DNA of 64,000 bases from a virus (IMGVR_UViG_3300030117_003223:509-64508), one strand, 5' to 3'; shown: positions 36,430 through 47,976, counted from the first letter of the stretch. Notes: generated from the sequence alone by a model not told the origin. Made by a program: numbers and translations.

Positions 36430-39400
36430 TCAAAGTTTACCACCTACACCGTATATCGCTTTAAGGACATTTCCAGCAGCGTCCTTTATTAGTAATTGAC
36501 TATTTGTAAATGATGTATAATATTCGTATAACATGTTATCACCAGCATTTGTTCCACTACCATCCGTTCCACCATCTTCTATTATGATGTTATCTCCCGC
36601 GTTAGCTGTACCGTCCGTACTGTTTAATACGATAAAGTCACCACCAAACTCTGCCTTACCTGACTCAGCACTCAACGCACCTCTAGATGACAGGGACATT
36701 TTTGCTGCGGCTGAGGCAGCAGCAGATTCAGATACACCAGTTGTAAATACTAGTTTTGTTGCATTAGCAGAGGCAGTAAATGCACCCTCTGCGATTGCAT
36801 GAATACCAGCAGCGACCACAGCGGCATCTGTTCCATCAGAGTCACCTGCAGCCATCTCAATAGATGCAATGACATCATCAGCAACAATTGCATCTTCTTC
36901 TGATTTCAACTGTAAAACTATTGGTCTATCATCTGTGCCGTTTACTGTATTCGTTATTGTTAGTCCAACATCATGGACATGTGTTAGAGTTATCTCTGAG
37001 TTAGTACCAAATGAAATGAGAGATGCATCTGATAAAAGTTTAATATCATCACCAGCAACAATATCCAGAGCAACAGATAAACCACCATCAGTCTGCAACG
37101 CACCATCAGTTGTGCTTGTTGCCTCTGTCGTATCGTCTGTAATCAATCTACCACTAGCAGTGATTGCAGTTGCACCAAGTGTTCCCGCAACAGTTAAAGC
37201 AGCGCTACCTAAAGTTAACAAATCAGTGTCAGCAGCACCACCTATCGTTCCACCACTTTTAATTACAAGATCGTCCTTGACTGTAAGAAGTCCAGCCGAG
37301 GAAATTGTAAGTGCGTCATTTGTCGAAGCAACACCAATCGTACCACCATCCTTAATCATAAGGTCATCAGCAATCGTTAATAGACCAGCAGAACTTAACG
37401 TCATTTTAGCAGTTGCACTCGCTGCAGCAGTTTCGGACACACCTGTAGTAAAGACAAGTTTAGTTGCGTTAGCATCAGCAGCAAAAGTTCCCTCTGCGAT
37501 TGCATGAATACCAGCGGCGACCACGGCAGCGTCTGTACCATCAGAGTCACCAGCAGCAAGTTCAATAGATGCGATAACATCATCTGCAACAATCGCATCT
37601 TCCTCAGATTTTAACTGAAGTATAACTGGTTTACCATCAGAGCCGTTTATAGTGTTTGTAACTGTAAGTCCAACATCATGCACATGAGTAACAGTGATTT
37701 CATCATTAGCACCAAACGCTATAGTGGCACCGTCATGTTGAAGTTCTAAGTCTTGAGTTAATGTAACGTCTCCATCAGAACCAATCGCAATAGCATCAGT
37801 ATCAGATGCAGAGCCAATTGTTCCCGCATCACTAACTATCAACGATGCCGCTGTAACTCCAGCATTGGTTATGGTGAGGTTACCAGAACTAGCACCAGTA
37901 AACGTTCCTGTTCCTAGAACAATCCTATCTTCACTTTCATCCCAACCAATAAACACGTTTGCATCATCACCACGTTCAATGACGATACCAGCATCACCAG
38001 AAGCACTTCCTGACCTACCAGTTCCTAATTCAATCAACTGGTCTTCGATAGTTGTATTGGTTGCAGAGTTTGTGACGGTTGCACCGTTAACTGTTAAACT
38101 CTGAGAAATTGTTACGTTACCACTACTGTCAATCGCAATAGCGTCTGTATCAGAAGCAGAACCAATTGTCCCTGCATCTGGAATAATAATATTGCCACCA
38201 GTTGTAACACCAGCGTTAAACGTTGCAAGACCAGCAGCACTCATGTCAAATGTCAATGCGGTAATTTCAGAACTACCATCAACACCTTTGAAAATCATGT
38301 CCTTATCATTGACTAGTGATTTAAATGTTAAATTATCTGAGTCTAAACTTACGTGTCCAACATTGGTAGAACCGTCTTTGAATATGACCTCATCACCACC
38401 AACGTCAAGAACAATATCTCCAGCAACGTCAAGTGTAAGGTCACCCGAGCTGAGGTCAATCTCTGTACCGTCAATGGTGATGTTATCTATTGCAACACCA
38501 CCGTCAAATGTAGCAGATGTTCCTGACACCGCTTGTGTGAATGAAACAACACCGTTTGATGCAATTGAGATAGCATCTGTATCAGAGGCAGAACCAATCG
38601 TACCAGAATCCTTAATAACAATATCATCTGCAAAAGTTACAACACCATCAGAGGCAATTGTTATAGCACCAGCAACTCCAGCACTACCTATTGTTCCATC
38701 ATTCTTGAGTACAATATCATCTTTAAAAGTAACAATACCAGCACTACTGATTGTCATCGCATCATTAGCAGAGGCAACACCAATCGTACCACCATCCTTA
38801 ATCACAAAGTCGTCTGCGATAGTCAGTAGACCAGCAGAACTCAGTGTCATCTTAGCGGTAGCACTTGCAGCAGCAGTTTCCGATACACCCGTAGTAAAGA
38901 CTAACTTAGTCGCATTAGCACTCGCAGAGAAAGTTCCCTCTGCAATCGCGTGAATACCAGCAGCAACAGTTGCACCATCAGTGCCATCAGAGTCACCCGC
39001 TGCTAACTCTATGGATGCAATAACATCATCCGCAACTATTGCGTCTTCCTCAGATTTTAGTTGTAATACCACTGGTCTATCATCGGTGCCGTTTATGGTA
39101 TTGGTTATTGTCAACCCAGTATCATGAACGTGTTTAAGAGTTATCTCTGAGTTTGCACCAAAATTAATTTGAGCACCATCGGTGCTAAATGGTAAGTTGC
39201 CACTAATAGTTTTGTTGGTAAGTGTATCCGTCGTTGATGCACCTATTAACGTAGTAGATGTTACTGGTAGTGTGATTGTAACATTACCAGAATAATCTGC
39301 GTGAGCAGAAGATTGTAGCTGTGCATAGTGAGCGTTTGAACTCTCACAATAAAATTTAATATTAGAAACTGAACCCGCATTTTTAAGGTCAATAGCACCA

Positions 39401-39816
39401 GGCGTAAATGTAATTAAATCTGCACCACCAATTCTAAAGTCAATTTGGTCATCTGAGTCTGCTGTGATTGAAGTATCTGCATCAACATCAAGAATAAGTT
39501 CAGAACCATTTAAATCTAAAGATGTGGCAACGACAGCAGAGGTTAGTGTTTTATTTGTTAAGGTATCAGTTGTATCTGTTCCAATCAAAGTGGTAGATGC
39601 GTTTGGTAGGAGAACAGTTCTGTCTCCTGTAGGGTCAACTACACTAAGAGTTGTTTCGTGCTCATCTGATGTTGAACCCTCAAAGACAATTTGGTTACCA
39701 CCACCTAAAGAAGTTAAGGTAATACCTCCTACGTCACTTTGTAGATTATTAAACTGTTCTCTAAACTGTTCAAGAGAATCACTAAGAGATAAAGTCGTTG
39801 CGGTTACGTCTGCCAT
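36430..39816 (-). CDS. Tail fibre-like repeat protein
   Basis: 1128 aa Gly/Ala/Ser/Thr/Asp-rich; SDSLEQFR..FN N-terminus; TDTLTNKT; internal repeats. Confidence 0.75.
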   Translation of the reverse strand: MADVTATTLSLSDSLEQFREQFNNLQSDVGGITLTSLGGGNQIVFEGSTSDEHETTLSVVDPTGDRTVLLPNASTTLIGTDTTDTLTNKTLTSAVVATSLDLNGSELILDVDADTSITADSDDQIDFRIGGADLITFTPGAIDLKNAGSVSNIKFYCESSNAHYAQLQSSAHADYSGNVTITLPVTSTTLIGASTTDTLTNKTISGNLPFSTDGAQINFGANSEITLKHVHDTGLTITNTINGTDDRPVVLQLKSEEDAIVADDVIASIELAAGDSDGTDGATVAAGIHAIAEGTFSASANATKLVFTTGVSETAAASATAKMTLSSAGLLTIADDFVIKDGGTIGVASANDAMTISSAGIVTFKDDIVLKNDGTIGSAGVAGAITIASDGVVTFADDIVIKDSGTIGSASDTDAISIASNGVVSFTQAVSGTSATFDGGVAIDNITIDGTEIDLSSGDLTLDVAGDIVLDVGGDEVIFKDGSTNVGHVSLDSDNLTFKSLVNDKDMIFKGVDGSSEITALTFDMSAAGLATFNAGVTTGGNIIIPDAGTIGSASDTDAIAIDSSGNVTISQSLTVNGATVTNSATNTTIEDQLIELGTGRSGSASGDAGIVIERGDDANVFIGWDESEDRIVLGTGTFTGASSGNLTITNAGVTAASLIVSDAGTIGSASDTDAIAIGSDGDVTLTQDLELQHDGATIAFGANDEITVTHVHDVGLTVTNTINGSDGKPVILQLKSEEDAIVADDVIASIELAAGDSDGTDAAVVAAGIHAIAEGTFAADANATKLVFTTGVSETAAASATAKMTLSSAGLLTIADDLMIKDGGTIGVASTNDALTISSAGLLTVKDDLVIKSGGTIGGAADTDLLTLGSAALTVAGTLGATAITASGRLITDDTTEATSTTDGALQTDGGLSVALDIVAGDDIKLLSDASLISFGTNSEITLTHVHDVGLTITNTVNGTDDRPIVLQLKSEEDAIVADDVIASIEMAAGDSDGTDAAVVAAGIHAIAEGAFTASANATKLVFTTGVSESAAASAAAKMSLSSRGALSAESGKAEFGGDFIVLNSTDGTANAGDNIIIEDGGTDGSGTNAGDNMLYEYYTSFTNSQLLIKDAAGNVLKAIYGVGGKL
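36684..39161 (-). repeat. Three copies of a ~110-118-aa module (about 38809-39161, 37363-37716, 36684-37011) plus ~8 GTIG-type short repeats
   Basis: LQLKSEEDAIVADDVIASIE.AAGDSDGTD...ATKLVFTTGVSE occurs three times. Confidence 0.9.
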
Positions 39817-40038
39817 TTACTTATCCTCTACCAGTTTTACTAGCATTGTTTTTATTTCGTGAATCTCACACTTTAAGTTATTTAGTTCCCTAGTAGTTTG
39901 TCTAAGTTGGTCACGTTGTCTTTGTGCCTCATCTGCACGTTTTTTTGCCATAAGATAAGCAGACTTATTCGTGTTCACTATCGCGTTGGAACTTGCATCT
40001 CTAACTAAATCTTTATGTCCTTCAACTTGAATTTTCAT
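39817..40038 (-). CDS. Small coiled-coil hypothetical protein
   Basis: VEGHKDLVRD..SNAIVN, heptad-like C-terminus. Confidence 0.7.
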   Translation of the reverse strand: MKIQVEGHKDLVRDASSNAIVNTNKSAYLMAKKRADEAQRQRDQLRQTTRELNNLKCEIHEIKTMLVKLVEDK

Positions 40039-40039
40039 T

Positions 40040-43000
40040 TTACGTTGCCAGTGCTAAAACTCTAAGGTCTTTAATTCTTGGTGGTCTCGCAGAGTTTGTT
40101 GCTCTCATCACAATCTTGATCTGAAATGAGATGAACTCATCTAATGGAGTGCCGATACCATCATCTGTGACCCCTGCTGTAAATTGATACTCATTAAATT
40201 GGTCAATACCAAGTGAGGGAGCAACAGTGACATCTTCTGACCCATCATTGTTGAAGAACTGAAAATCTAACTCATCAAAATCACTCGCATCATCAGTTCT
40301 TAAAATCTTGAAGAGAACTTTAATATCAGCAGTGCTTTCTCTATTTGCATCGAAAAGAACTCTAAGTGATGTTGCTGGAGTTTCTAGTGCTGCACTCTTT
40401 GTCAGATAAATTGCATCGTGGTCGTCACCCTCTGGAGCTGTCATTGGGTCATAGATTGATGTTGGATACACATCTGAAGATGAGTCAATCTGATTAATTC
40501 TGTTTGCGACAGCGAAGAATGTCATTCTCTTTACATCAATTACGGGTGATACTTGAGAACTTGTTGAGGATAATGTCAATGGCATTATCAAAGACTTACT
40601 CCCCTCCATTTCCTCTGTTTCATTAATACCTGACGCAATCATATAACACTTATCATAATAATAGTTATCATTCAAAGGAATTGTCTCAGCATTTGTAAGT
40701 GAAGTTTGTGAGAATGAATCTTGAGAACCACTAACACTTGTCGCAGTTGTGTGTCTAATCTTAGAGATAATATTTGTCTGAGGAGTAATAAGTGTTCCGA
40801 TAACTGTTGAACTTACATCATACTGAGCATTTTCAGTTGCCGTAACAACGCTGCCACCAAACGTGGAGTCACCACCACTTTCAACATCTGGTGTGGTTGA
40901 TAGAGTTACTGTGTAATAGTCTGTCCCTATATTTGCAACATCAGTGTGAGTTTTATTGATTTCTGTGAAAGGAACTTTATGTAACATATAAAGTTCTACC
41001 GTTGCACCACTTGCATGTGATGCCGCAGTTCCCTCAACTGCTCTTGTTGCCCCTGTAATGGTGTTACCCGAAATTGATGTATATGAAATAACCTCATCAC
41101 CAATTTTGATAAAGTAAACATTTGATGCATTTCTAGAAAACTTACCAGCGGTATCATCAAAGTTAGTGCCATCTGTTAATGTGATTGTATCAGAGGCAGA
41201 ACCAATACTACCATTAAGAGTTGTCTCTGCACCTGATTTGACCCCACTAATCGTAACATTGTTTGTTGTGTCATACATGTGGTGGTCAAAATGATTAACC
41301 TTTAACTCAGTATTACTATTTGTCATGACTAACGGATTTTTACCGAGAGTTAGTGAGGGTAGAGTATCATTAGTTAAAGTTACTGAACCAGCAGCAGTCG
41401 TATCAAACTTTGCACCGCGCAGTGTAAACTTTGCATCTTGAGTTGGTGCGGGTGCCCAAGTACGGTTGTTATGCCCTTTAAATAGAACACCAATGTGTGG
41501 TTGTTCAGAAACAAGGTTTCCGTCTGAATCCTCTTCACCCAAGTCAGAAATCCACATGATATAATCTGGCGTATTACTTGACACAACAAAACAATACTCT
41601 GCCATAGACTGTAGATAAACAGGAGATGGGAAAGTAAATTTTGTTGCGGTCTTACCATCAGCAGAAATATTAACATCAGCGGGCAATTTTGTCACGCGAC
41701 TAAATGGTAAAAGTTTTGGGCCAGGGTAACCGTTAACCACATTACGGATTTCTACTGTTACGGGTAATGTTTCATGTTTAGCAGAGAAAAACAAATCAAT
41801 AGATGTTGCAAATCTACCAACATCCGTATCGCTACCATTTAAATCTTGGTTGAATTGTTGGTCTTCATCAGCAATTATAAATGTTTGTGCAAGAGGGTCC
41901 ATCGCAACCTGCCATTCCAAAGGCACTGCGCGTGTAAGTGCTTGAGAAGTTGTAACACTTTCCGTTGCGAGTCTACCATTTCTTGTTGCAATAATGGTTT
42001 CTTGTCGAGTTTCAAGAATTCCGTCTGCAATGTAATTTGCCTGTGCTCGACTATCAGGTTGAGCAGCATTAGTCGAACTAGAAGTTAGTTTAAACTGAAC
42101 AGTACCAGTGTTAAACTGTGGGTTTCCAGAAATTTTTGGGTCTGGAATTGCAAATATACCACCACACTGACTATTAGACTTGACAATTATAGGACTTCCT
42201 GTTACTGGTGTTGCATCAGTTGTTGAATCTGAGTCTGGTGTAACAAATGCATTAACATCTACACCATCAAAGAAAACATACATTCTCTGAAAAGGTTTTA
42301 CTCCTGTTGCGTCAAATCTAATGTTTCTTGCCCGAACAACAGGAATAGCAACTCTAGAAATTGTTCTAAACCCCTGACTCTCTCTTTCTATATCCTCTTC
42401 AACAAATGTGCGAGTTCCAGTTCCACGTCTTGTGCCAGTCTGCATTCTACGCATTCTAAAATTAACATCTCCACCGTCACCTATAAATTCTTCTCTTACC
42501 ATAAATCGTCTACCAGCCCAGTTATCTTGCCAAGAGTTCCAAACTGTTCCAAGTTGATTTCTATTTGCCTCTACAACTGCATCAAAGTTTCCCTCAACAT
42601 TAATAACAAGTTCTGGAGCAACCTCTGTCTCAAACCAAGAATCTTGGTCTGGGTCAAGAGTGACCTCACCAAACCAAGAGGCAGTTAAAAATGGTGTCAC
42701 CCTTTCAACAGTCGTTGCAAATGGATTCTCAGTAATAGTTTCCTCTGTGTATGGAAGAGTGAGAAGGTCACCTGTCTTTTGATAACCAGCAGAGGTTCTT
42801 GCAGTGTCAGTTGTTGCTTGTTCAATAAGGTCAATGCCCTTAGTTTTATGAACTGGTCTTAGTTCACCCGCCGTCATATCAATTGAATTTCTATAATCAG
42901 GATGTTTTACATCACCTATATCATGACCACGAAACGGGTCAACAATGAAACCAGATTTAAAACGGTTTAGTCCGTTTGCATCCGTAGTCTCAAATGACTG

Positions 43001-46000
43001 AGCGTCTTTTTCAAGTAAAGAAAGTGTGGTAACTCTCTCAACATTTGTAACCCTTCTTTCAATTTTACCAATATCTTGCATGGTAAATCTTTGAGTTCTT
43101 TCCCTAGTAAGAGAAACATCTTGAGGTTTAAATGTGAAGGCGGGTAAAAGTAGGTCAGCAAGCTTCATCGCATTATCTACTGGAGTTGGAAGTTGCGGTT
43201 GTTCACTTGATGCACCCTCCGATACAACAATGTTACCCCTATCATCAATAAAGATGGATGCTCTTTTGGGAAGATAATATTCAAAATCTGATTGAATGTT
43301 AGAGCCTGGTTTACCAAAATTAGAATATGAAGAACCAGTGCCACTAAAAACTCTAGAGGTAAAGTCAAAGGAGTTACCTGTAATTTCATCTACAACTGAA
43401 AGAGTGGAACTAGCACCAGTAATATCTGCAACCCTTGGACGGAAATCAAACGTATCAGCAAGCGGGAATAAACCAACTGGTTCTGGGTCATCTGGGTCAA
43501 TTTTTGTAGCAGTATAAGATGGAATGTCTTCATAGTCCATTTGGTTTGCAACATCCGTATAAGAGTCCACAGTCATGAGGTCTCCTGCCCCATGCTCCAT
43601 GTAATCATAGACAATTAACAAACGACCTTGAGGAGTGGGGGAACTTCCTTTTCTTACTATGCGAGATATATCATAGAAGTTATCACGCTGACCTGTATCT
43701 AATTCAAAGTCAGATGTAATAACAACACTTCCATCACCCACAGCGGAAACAGCGGCACTCGCGCTTGAGGACTCACCAGTTATTGTGTCTGAGGTTGTAA
43801 AGTCAGAGGCGCTTGTTAAGACATAACTCATTGGAGATGTGATATCAATAATTCTTCCTGTTGCTCCACTAGATGAACCTGTGATCTTTTCACCTCTGGT
43901 AAATGTTCCAGTGATTGTTCCTAGAGTTAGAGTTGGTGCAGATGCATCCGTACCTGATGCCTCTGAGTCAAATACGGCAACAAGTTTGAATGCATCTGCC
44001 CTCCCCAGAGAAATTTCTTTGTCAGTCGGTCTTGTCCCATACGCATCTGTATCACCAGCAACGACCTTTACCTGTTTCATTAAGTTAACAGTTTTACTCT
44101 TTTGAGTGACAGCAGTTTTTGTTGTGGTTGCAATGAGTTTTACTTTTGAACCATTAAAAAGAGAATCAGTAATCGTTATTTGGTTTGTGCCAGTTCCAGA
44201 AAGTTTACCACTAATGCTTACAATGTCACCATCTGCATGAGTGCTACCACTACCGATATCAAGAACCGATAAAGTGTAATCTGTCTCAGCAAATCCGTTG
44301 AATGTCTCACCCGTACCAGCAGTAAAGGATACGACACCAGATGCATCCGTTGTGCCAACAAACTGTCTGCGAATAGTAAAGGATGTATCACTCACACCAT
44401 TATTCGTAGCTGTCAGAAATGTTTTAATAACTTTCTGAGATGGTTTAAACAACGCAATGTTCTTATTTCCATCTTTAAGTTTTGCACTCTCAACCCTTTC
44501 GAGAGATACAACTGTTGAGTTATCTTCCTCCAAAACAATTGAACCCTCACTTCGACTAGCACTATCCTCAAGAAGAACAAAGTCAACTTGTGTCTCTGCC
44601 TCTGTAACCAAGTCAGCAGTGAAGTCCTCATCAGCATTTGTTGGGTCGTTCATAAAGACTTGTCTGAAATCACCAAAAGATTTACTGGCTATCTTACTAA
44701 TTGTAAGGTCTGTGGTGCCAGAGTCTTCTAATATGTCATCAGTTTCGGCGGAGTCTGATGTAGTAACTTTCTCACCAACCGTAAAGGAACCAACAACGTT
44801 TGTAAGGTTAACATTTGTTCCACTTGTTCCTTCTCCAAATACAAATCCAGTGGCACCACTCGTAACACCCTTCACTTGAACTCCGTCAGCATGAACGGAA
44901 GTTAGTAAAGGACTTGGTGTGCCACTTAAAGTTAAAATGGTAAATGGTCTGAGGTCAAACAAATACAATTTGTATACAGATGCATTGTTTGATGAAGAAG
45001 ACCCTGCAACACCAGCACTAAACTGCATGGACCTTGCACGACCAACACCAATCAAAGTTCCATTCGCTGTTCCTCTAGATGATGTTAATGTATCATAAAA
45101 CTGCAACTCTTTAAATGGTGTTGCTTCACTAGCAACCTCTGAAATATCTGGTGTGCCATATACGTTTGTTATTAGAGCAAAGTTACCAGTATCAAAAACA
45201 GAAATGTCGCCGTTCTTTGTTTCAAAGTCTCTTGCCTTATTAATGTCTTTAATAGTAGGAGCATTTTTCTCAAGCTCGTAACCATTTACGTATGCTCTTC
45301 CTGGCGATACGTTGAGAGAAAGTAAATCTGTGCTTGCTGTGCCACCATCATTTGTAGTGGCACCAAGAGTAAACCGACCAGTGTTTTCATTTACAGTAAC
45401 ACACTCTTGAACTTTAAACTGAAATGGTTTTACTGTATAGTTGCCAGACTCATCAAAAGTTCTTCGAGCAAATTCTTCAGAAAGAATAGAGTACTCTGTC
45501 TCTCTACCCTGTGCAACAACGGCTCCATTTTTTATTTGTGCAAGTTGAATAAAGTTAGAATTAGATGCAGTTGTTTTCTTGGCCAGGGTAAGAGTTATTT
45601 TAAGACGATGAGCACCTTTTGCAGCAAAGTTTGCTGAACCTTGTGCATTGTCTAAAAGTGAAGTATCTGATTCGGGTGTAACGAGAGTTTCAGTAATATC
45701 AAAACCAACAAAACCACTAAAATCTCTATCGTAAGGGTCAAGAGTAATAACCTGATCGGTAACAGAGACAAAGAATCCTCTTACGTAAAACACACCTGGC
45801 CGAACAAAATATGCAGAACCAGTTCTAGAGGCAGGGCCAGTTGCACTCTTTACATCTGTAGATGTAGCAGTAAATGAAGTTGAAGATGCAACGTTTGCAG
45901 AGTAAGTTGTGGTTGTATGTTGGATTGCAACATCAGCAGAAATATTTTCTCCATCGGCAAAAACGGCTGTGGAGTTGTCTGTTCCTGCTCTTGTATAGTT

Positions 46001-46384
46001 AATAAACAGAATTGGTTGTTCAGTTGTAGATGCTGCTTGAAATCCAATAACCTCTGCTTGAACACCAGTGGTAGCGCCTGTAATCGTAACTGGTGTTGTT
46101 GCGTTATAATACTTTGATGGGTCCACTGTTTCTCCACTAAACGTGGATGTAAGTTTTACAGAATAATAATCTTTTATGTTAGACGCGCCAGGCACAACCA
46201 TTGCACCCTCTTTAAAAACATGACCTCCATGTTGTTCAATCTGATTTTGTAACTGACTTTGTAGTTGGGTAAGTTCTCTTGCCTGAATGGCAAACCCTGG
46301 CCGAAATAATGTGCGAACAAAATTATCGCTCTCATCAAAATCGTCGTAGTAAGGAGCAGCGTTAAGATTAGTTTTTTGAGCCAT
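40040..46384 (-). CDS. Large virion structural protein (VrlC/DUF4815-like)
   Basis: NLNAAPYYDDFD, LFRPG..IQARELTQLQ, RRTFDESGNY, RFKSGFIVDPF, DPLAQTF, PRIKDLR. Confidence 0.85.
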   Translation of the reverse strand: MAQKTNLNAAPYYDDFDESDNFVRTLFRPGFAIQARELTQLQSQLQNQIEQHGGHVFKEGAMVVPGASNIKDYYSVKLTSTFSGETVDPSKYYNATTPVTITGATTGVQAEVIGFQAASTTEQPILFINYTRAGTDNSTAVFADGENISADVAIQHTTTTYSANVASSTSFTATSTDVKSATGPASRTGSAYFVRPGVFYVRGFFVSVTDQVITLDPYDRDFSGFVGFDITETLVTPESDTSLLDNAQGSANFAAKGAHRLKITLTLAKKTTASNSNFIQLAQIKNGAVVAQGRETEYSILSEEFARRTFDESGNYTVKPFQFKVQECVTVNENTGRFTLGATTNDGGTASTDLLSLNVSPGRAYVNGYELEKNAPTIKDINKARDFETKNGDISVFDTGNFALITNVYGTPDISEVASEATPFKELQFYDTLTSSRGTANGTLIGVGRARSMQFSAGVAGSSSSNNASVYKLYLFDLRPFTILTLSGTPSPLLTSVHADGVQVKGVTSGATGFVFGEGTSGTNVNLTNVVGSFTVGEKVTTSDSAETDDILEDSGTTDLTISKIASKSFGDFRQVFMNDPTNADEDFTADLVTEAETQVDFVLLEDSASRSEGSIVLEEDNSTVVSLERVESAKLKDGNKNIALFKPSQKVIKTFLTATNNGVSDTSFTIRRQFVGTTDASGVVSFTAGTGETFNGFAETDYTLSVLDIGSGSTHADGDIVSISGKLSGTGTNQITITDSLFNGSKVKLIATTTKTAVTQKSKTVNLMKQVKVVAGDTDAYGTRPTDKEISLGRADAFKLVAVFDSEASGTDASAPTLTLGTITGTFTRGEKITGSSSGATGRIIDITSPMSYVLTSASDFTTSDTITGESSSASAAVSAVGDGSVVITSDFELDTGQRDNFYDISRIVRKGSSPTPQGRLLIVYDYMEHGAGDLMTVDSYTDVANQMDYEDIPSYTATKIDPDDPEPVGLFPLADTFDFRPRVADITGASSTLSVVDEITGNSFDFTSRVFSGTGSSYSNFGKPGSNIQSDFEYYLPKRASIFIDDRGNIVVSEGASSEQPQLPTPVDNAMKLADLLLPAFTFKPQDVSLTRERTQRFTMQDIGKIERRVTNVERVTTLSLLEKDAQSFETTDANGLNRFKSGFIVDPFRGHDIGDVKHPDYRNSIDMTAGELRPVHKTKGIDLIEQATTDTARTSAGYQKTGDLLTLPYTEETITENPFATTVERVTPFLTASWFGEVTLDPDQDSWFETEVAPELVINVEGNFDAVVEANRNQLGTVWNSWQDNWAGRRFMVREEFIGDGGDVNFRMRRMQTGTRRGTGTRTFVEEDIERESQGFRTISRVAIPVVRARNIRFDATGVKPFQRMYVFFDGVDVNAFVTPDSDSTTDATPVTGSPIIVKSNSQCGGIFAIPDPKISGNPQFNTGTVQFKLTSSSTNAAQPDSRAQANYIADGILETRQETIIATRNGRLATESVTTSQALTRAVPLEWQVAMDPLAQTFIIADEDQQFNQDLNGSDTDVGRFATSIDLFFSAKHETLPVTVEIRNVVNGYPGPKLLPFSRVTKLPADVNISADGKTATKFTFPSPVYLQSMAEYCFVVSSNTPDYIMWISDLGEEDSDGNLVSEQPHIGVLFKGHNNRTWAPAPTQDAKFTLRGAKFDTTAAGSVTLTNDTLPSLTLGKNPLVMTNSNTELKVNHFDHHMYDTTNNVTISGVKSGAETTLNGSIGSASDTITLTDGTNFDDTAGKFSRNASNVYFIKIGDEVISYTSISGNTITGATRAVEGTAASHASGATVELYMLHKVPFTEINKTHTDVANIGTDYYTVTLSTTPDVESGGDSTFGGSVVTATENAQYDVSSTVIGTLITPQTNIISKIRHTTATSVSGSQDSFSQTSLTNAETIPLNDNYYYDKCYMIASGINETEEMEGSKSLIMPLTLSSTSSQVSPVIDVKRMTFFAVANRINQIDSSSDVYPTSIYDPMTAPEGDDHDAIYLTKSAALETPATSLRVLFDANRESTADIKVLFKILRTDDASDFDELDFQFFNNDGSEDVTVAPSLGIDQFNEYQFTAGVTDDGIGTPLDEFISFQIKIVMRATNSARPPRIKDLRVLALAT

Positions 46385-46385
46385 A

Positions 46386-47888
46386 TTAGAATTCCACTAT
46401 AATTTTGATATCTTCTGTTTGGTCCGTTGCCCGCGATATGGGTGACCTGTTTTCGTTGTATATGATGTTACCACTATCTGGTTCCAGTTCTGGATTTGCA
46501 TAACCATTTGTAAATGTAATTGTTTGTCCGTTTGAAAGAGTGACCGCACTATCTGCATCAGCATCAGGTGTTCCTGACGCAGAGGAGTCTGCACCCGACA
46601 CCGCGTTTGCACCACTGAACGCTATGTAAGCACCAGATGCCGCGACAGTACCAAAGTCACCATAACGTTCCTGTTGGTAATAGAGAATACGCAAACTTGA
46701 ATCCCACTCTACAACTTTACCAATCGCACCTGTTGACGTTTGTGTAATCTTTTCATCTGGCGTAAACGTTCCACTAAGTCCACTGCTCGCAAGTTTGAGT
46801 GCATACGTCTGACGAATAGTTGCATCTGTTGCAACCGTTGATGTTCCAAAGTTTGTTGGGTCAACTGCAATTGCAATGTTACGGAAATCGTTTCCTGTAA
46901 GAAGGTCATCACGCTCTGCACCAATAAACAATGTGTTCATCATAACATAGTGACCACCAAGTTCTTCAACCGCATCATCACCGTGTCCTTCTTTCGGACT
47001 AATGACAACACGAATGGAACCACCAGAACCACCCATTGCAGAGGCAGACGACAGTGAAGCATCAGAGAATGTAAACCCGCTTCCAAGATTAACTGTTCCA
47101 AATGTGTATCCAGAACCACCTGAGTTGATTGTCGTATCAGTTCCAGCAGTAAGACCAAAGGACTGTATAGCGTTTGATGCAACAGTAATTCTTATAACCG
47201 CACCAGAGGACGTTCCCGCACTTGCACCATCACCATAAACTGCTGCATAGTAAGTCCCGTTAGTGTATCCAGACCCACCTGTAACAACCAGAGATTCAAT
47301 CTTACCATCAACGGCGGCGGTACTCACAGTGCTGTCTGTAGACACAGGCATGAAGTCAGTTGTCAAAAACTTTGTCTGTTCAGATGCAGTTATTTTATAC
47401 ATGTACTTGAGAATGTATCCACCAGAGGCAAACGGGGAGGTAGACTCTGAACTTGGTTCTGAACCAGAATATGCGGTCCCACCATTATTGTCGAGAACTT
47501 TGTATACACGATTCTCTGAAGTCCTAAAGAAAAAGGTTGAGTCATAAAGGTTTGTTGCGCCGGACGTTGTTGGGTTAGATGAACTAATCGTGTCATCATA
47601 CATATCAAACGTTGTTGAGTTAGCCCAATCTCTACGAGGAAGGACATGTGATATGTCAGTCGAAGCAATGTTTTTTCCCGCGATAGTTTGGTCCCAAATA
47701 TAAAACTCACTAGATACATCATCAACAGGAGTTGGTGGGGATGAGTCGGTTCCACCACTTGTCGCTGATGTAAATGGAGTTGCCTTACCAATTAACATAT
47801 AGTACGTTGATTTTGCTGCCTCAGAGAATGACTCGAAAAACTGAGTAGCATTATGTAATCTAAATTTTTCTGTTATGATTGCGGTCAT
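46386..47888 (-). CDS. gp8: Baseplate wedge subunit
   Basis: MTAIITEKFR, VYKVLDN, KYMY, ENRSPISRA.DQTEDIKIIVEF. Confidence 0.88.
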   Translation of the reverse strand: MTAIITEKFRLHNATQFFESFSEAAKSTYYMLIGKATPFTSATSGGTDSSPPTPVDDVSSEFYIWDQTIAGKNIASTDISHVLPRRDWANSTTFDMYDDTISSSNPTTSGATNLYDSTFFFRTSENRVYKVLDNNGGTAYSGSEPSSESTSPFASGGYILKYMYKITASEQTKFLTTDFMPVSTDSTVSTAAVDGKIESLVVTGGSGYTNGTYYAAVYGDGASAGTSSGAVIRITVASNAIQSFGLTAGTDTTINSGGSGYTFGTVNLGSGFTFSDASLSSASAMGGSGGSIRVVISPKEGHGDDAVEELGGHYVMMNTLFIGAERDDLLTGNDFRNIAIAVDPTNFGTSTVATDATIRQTYALKLASSGLSGTFTPDEKITQTSTGAIGKVVEWDSSLRILYYQQERYGDFGTVAASGAYIAFSGANAVSGADSSASGTPDADADSAVTLSNGQTITFTNGYANPELEPDSGNIIYNENRSPISRATDQTEDIKIIVEF

Positions 47889-47928
47889 GTCTTGTTCCTT
47901 CGACGTATACCATTTTTTGTTACATACT

Positions 47929-47936
47929 TATTTATA
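47929..47936 (-). promoter_or_regulatory. T4-type late promoter for gp8
   Basis: TATAAATA. Confidence 0.72.
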
Positions 47937-47976
47937 ACCTCTTATATATCAAATTTCTAATCTGTTAACAATAATT

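Noticed and set aside
36533-39862. Several long plus-strand ORFs
   Set aside because: Mirror frames of the low-complexity fibre gene.
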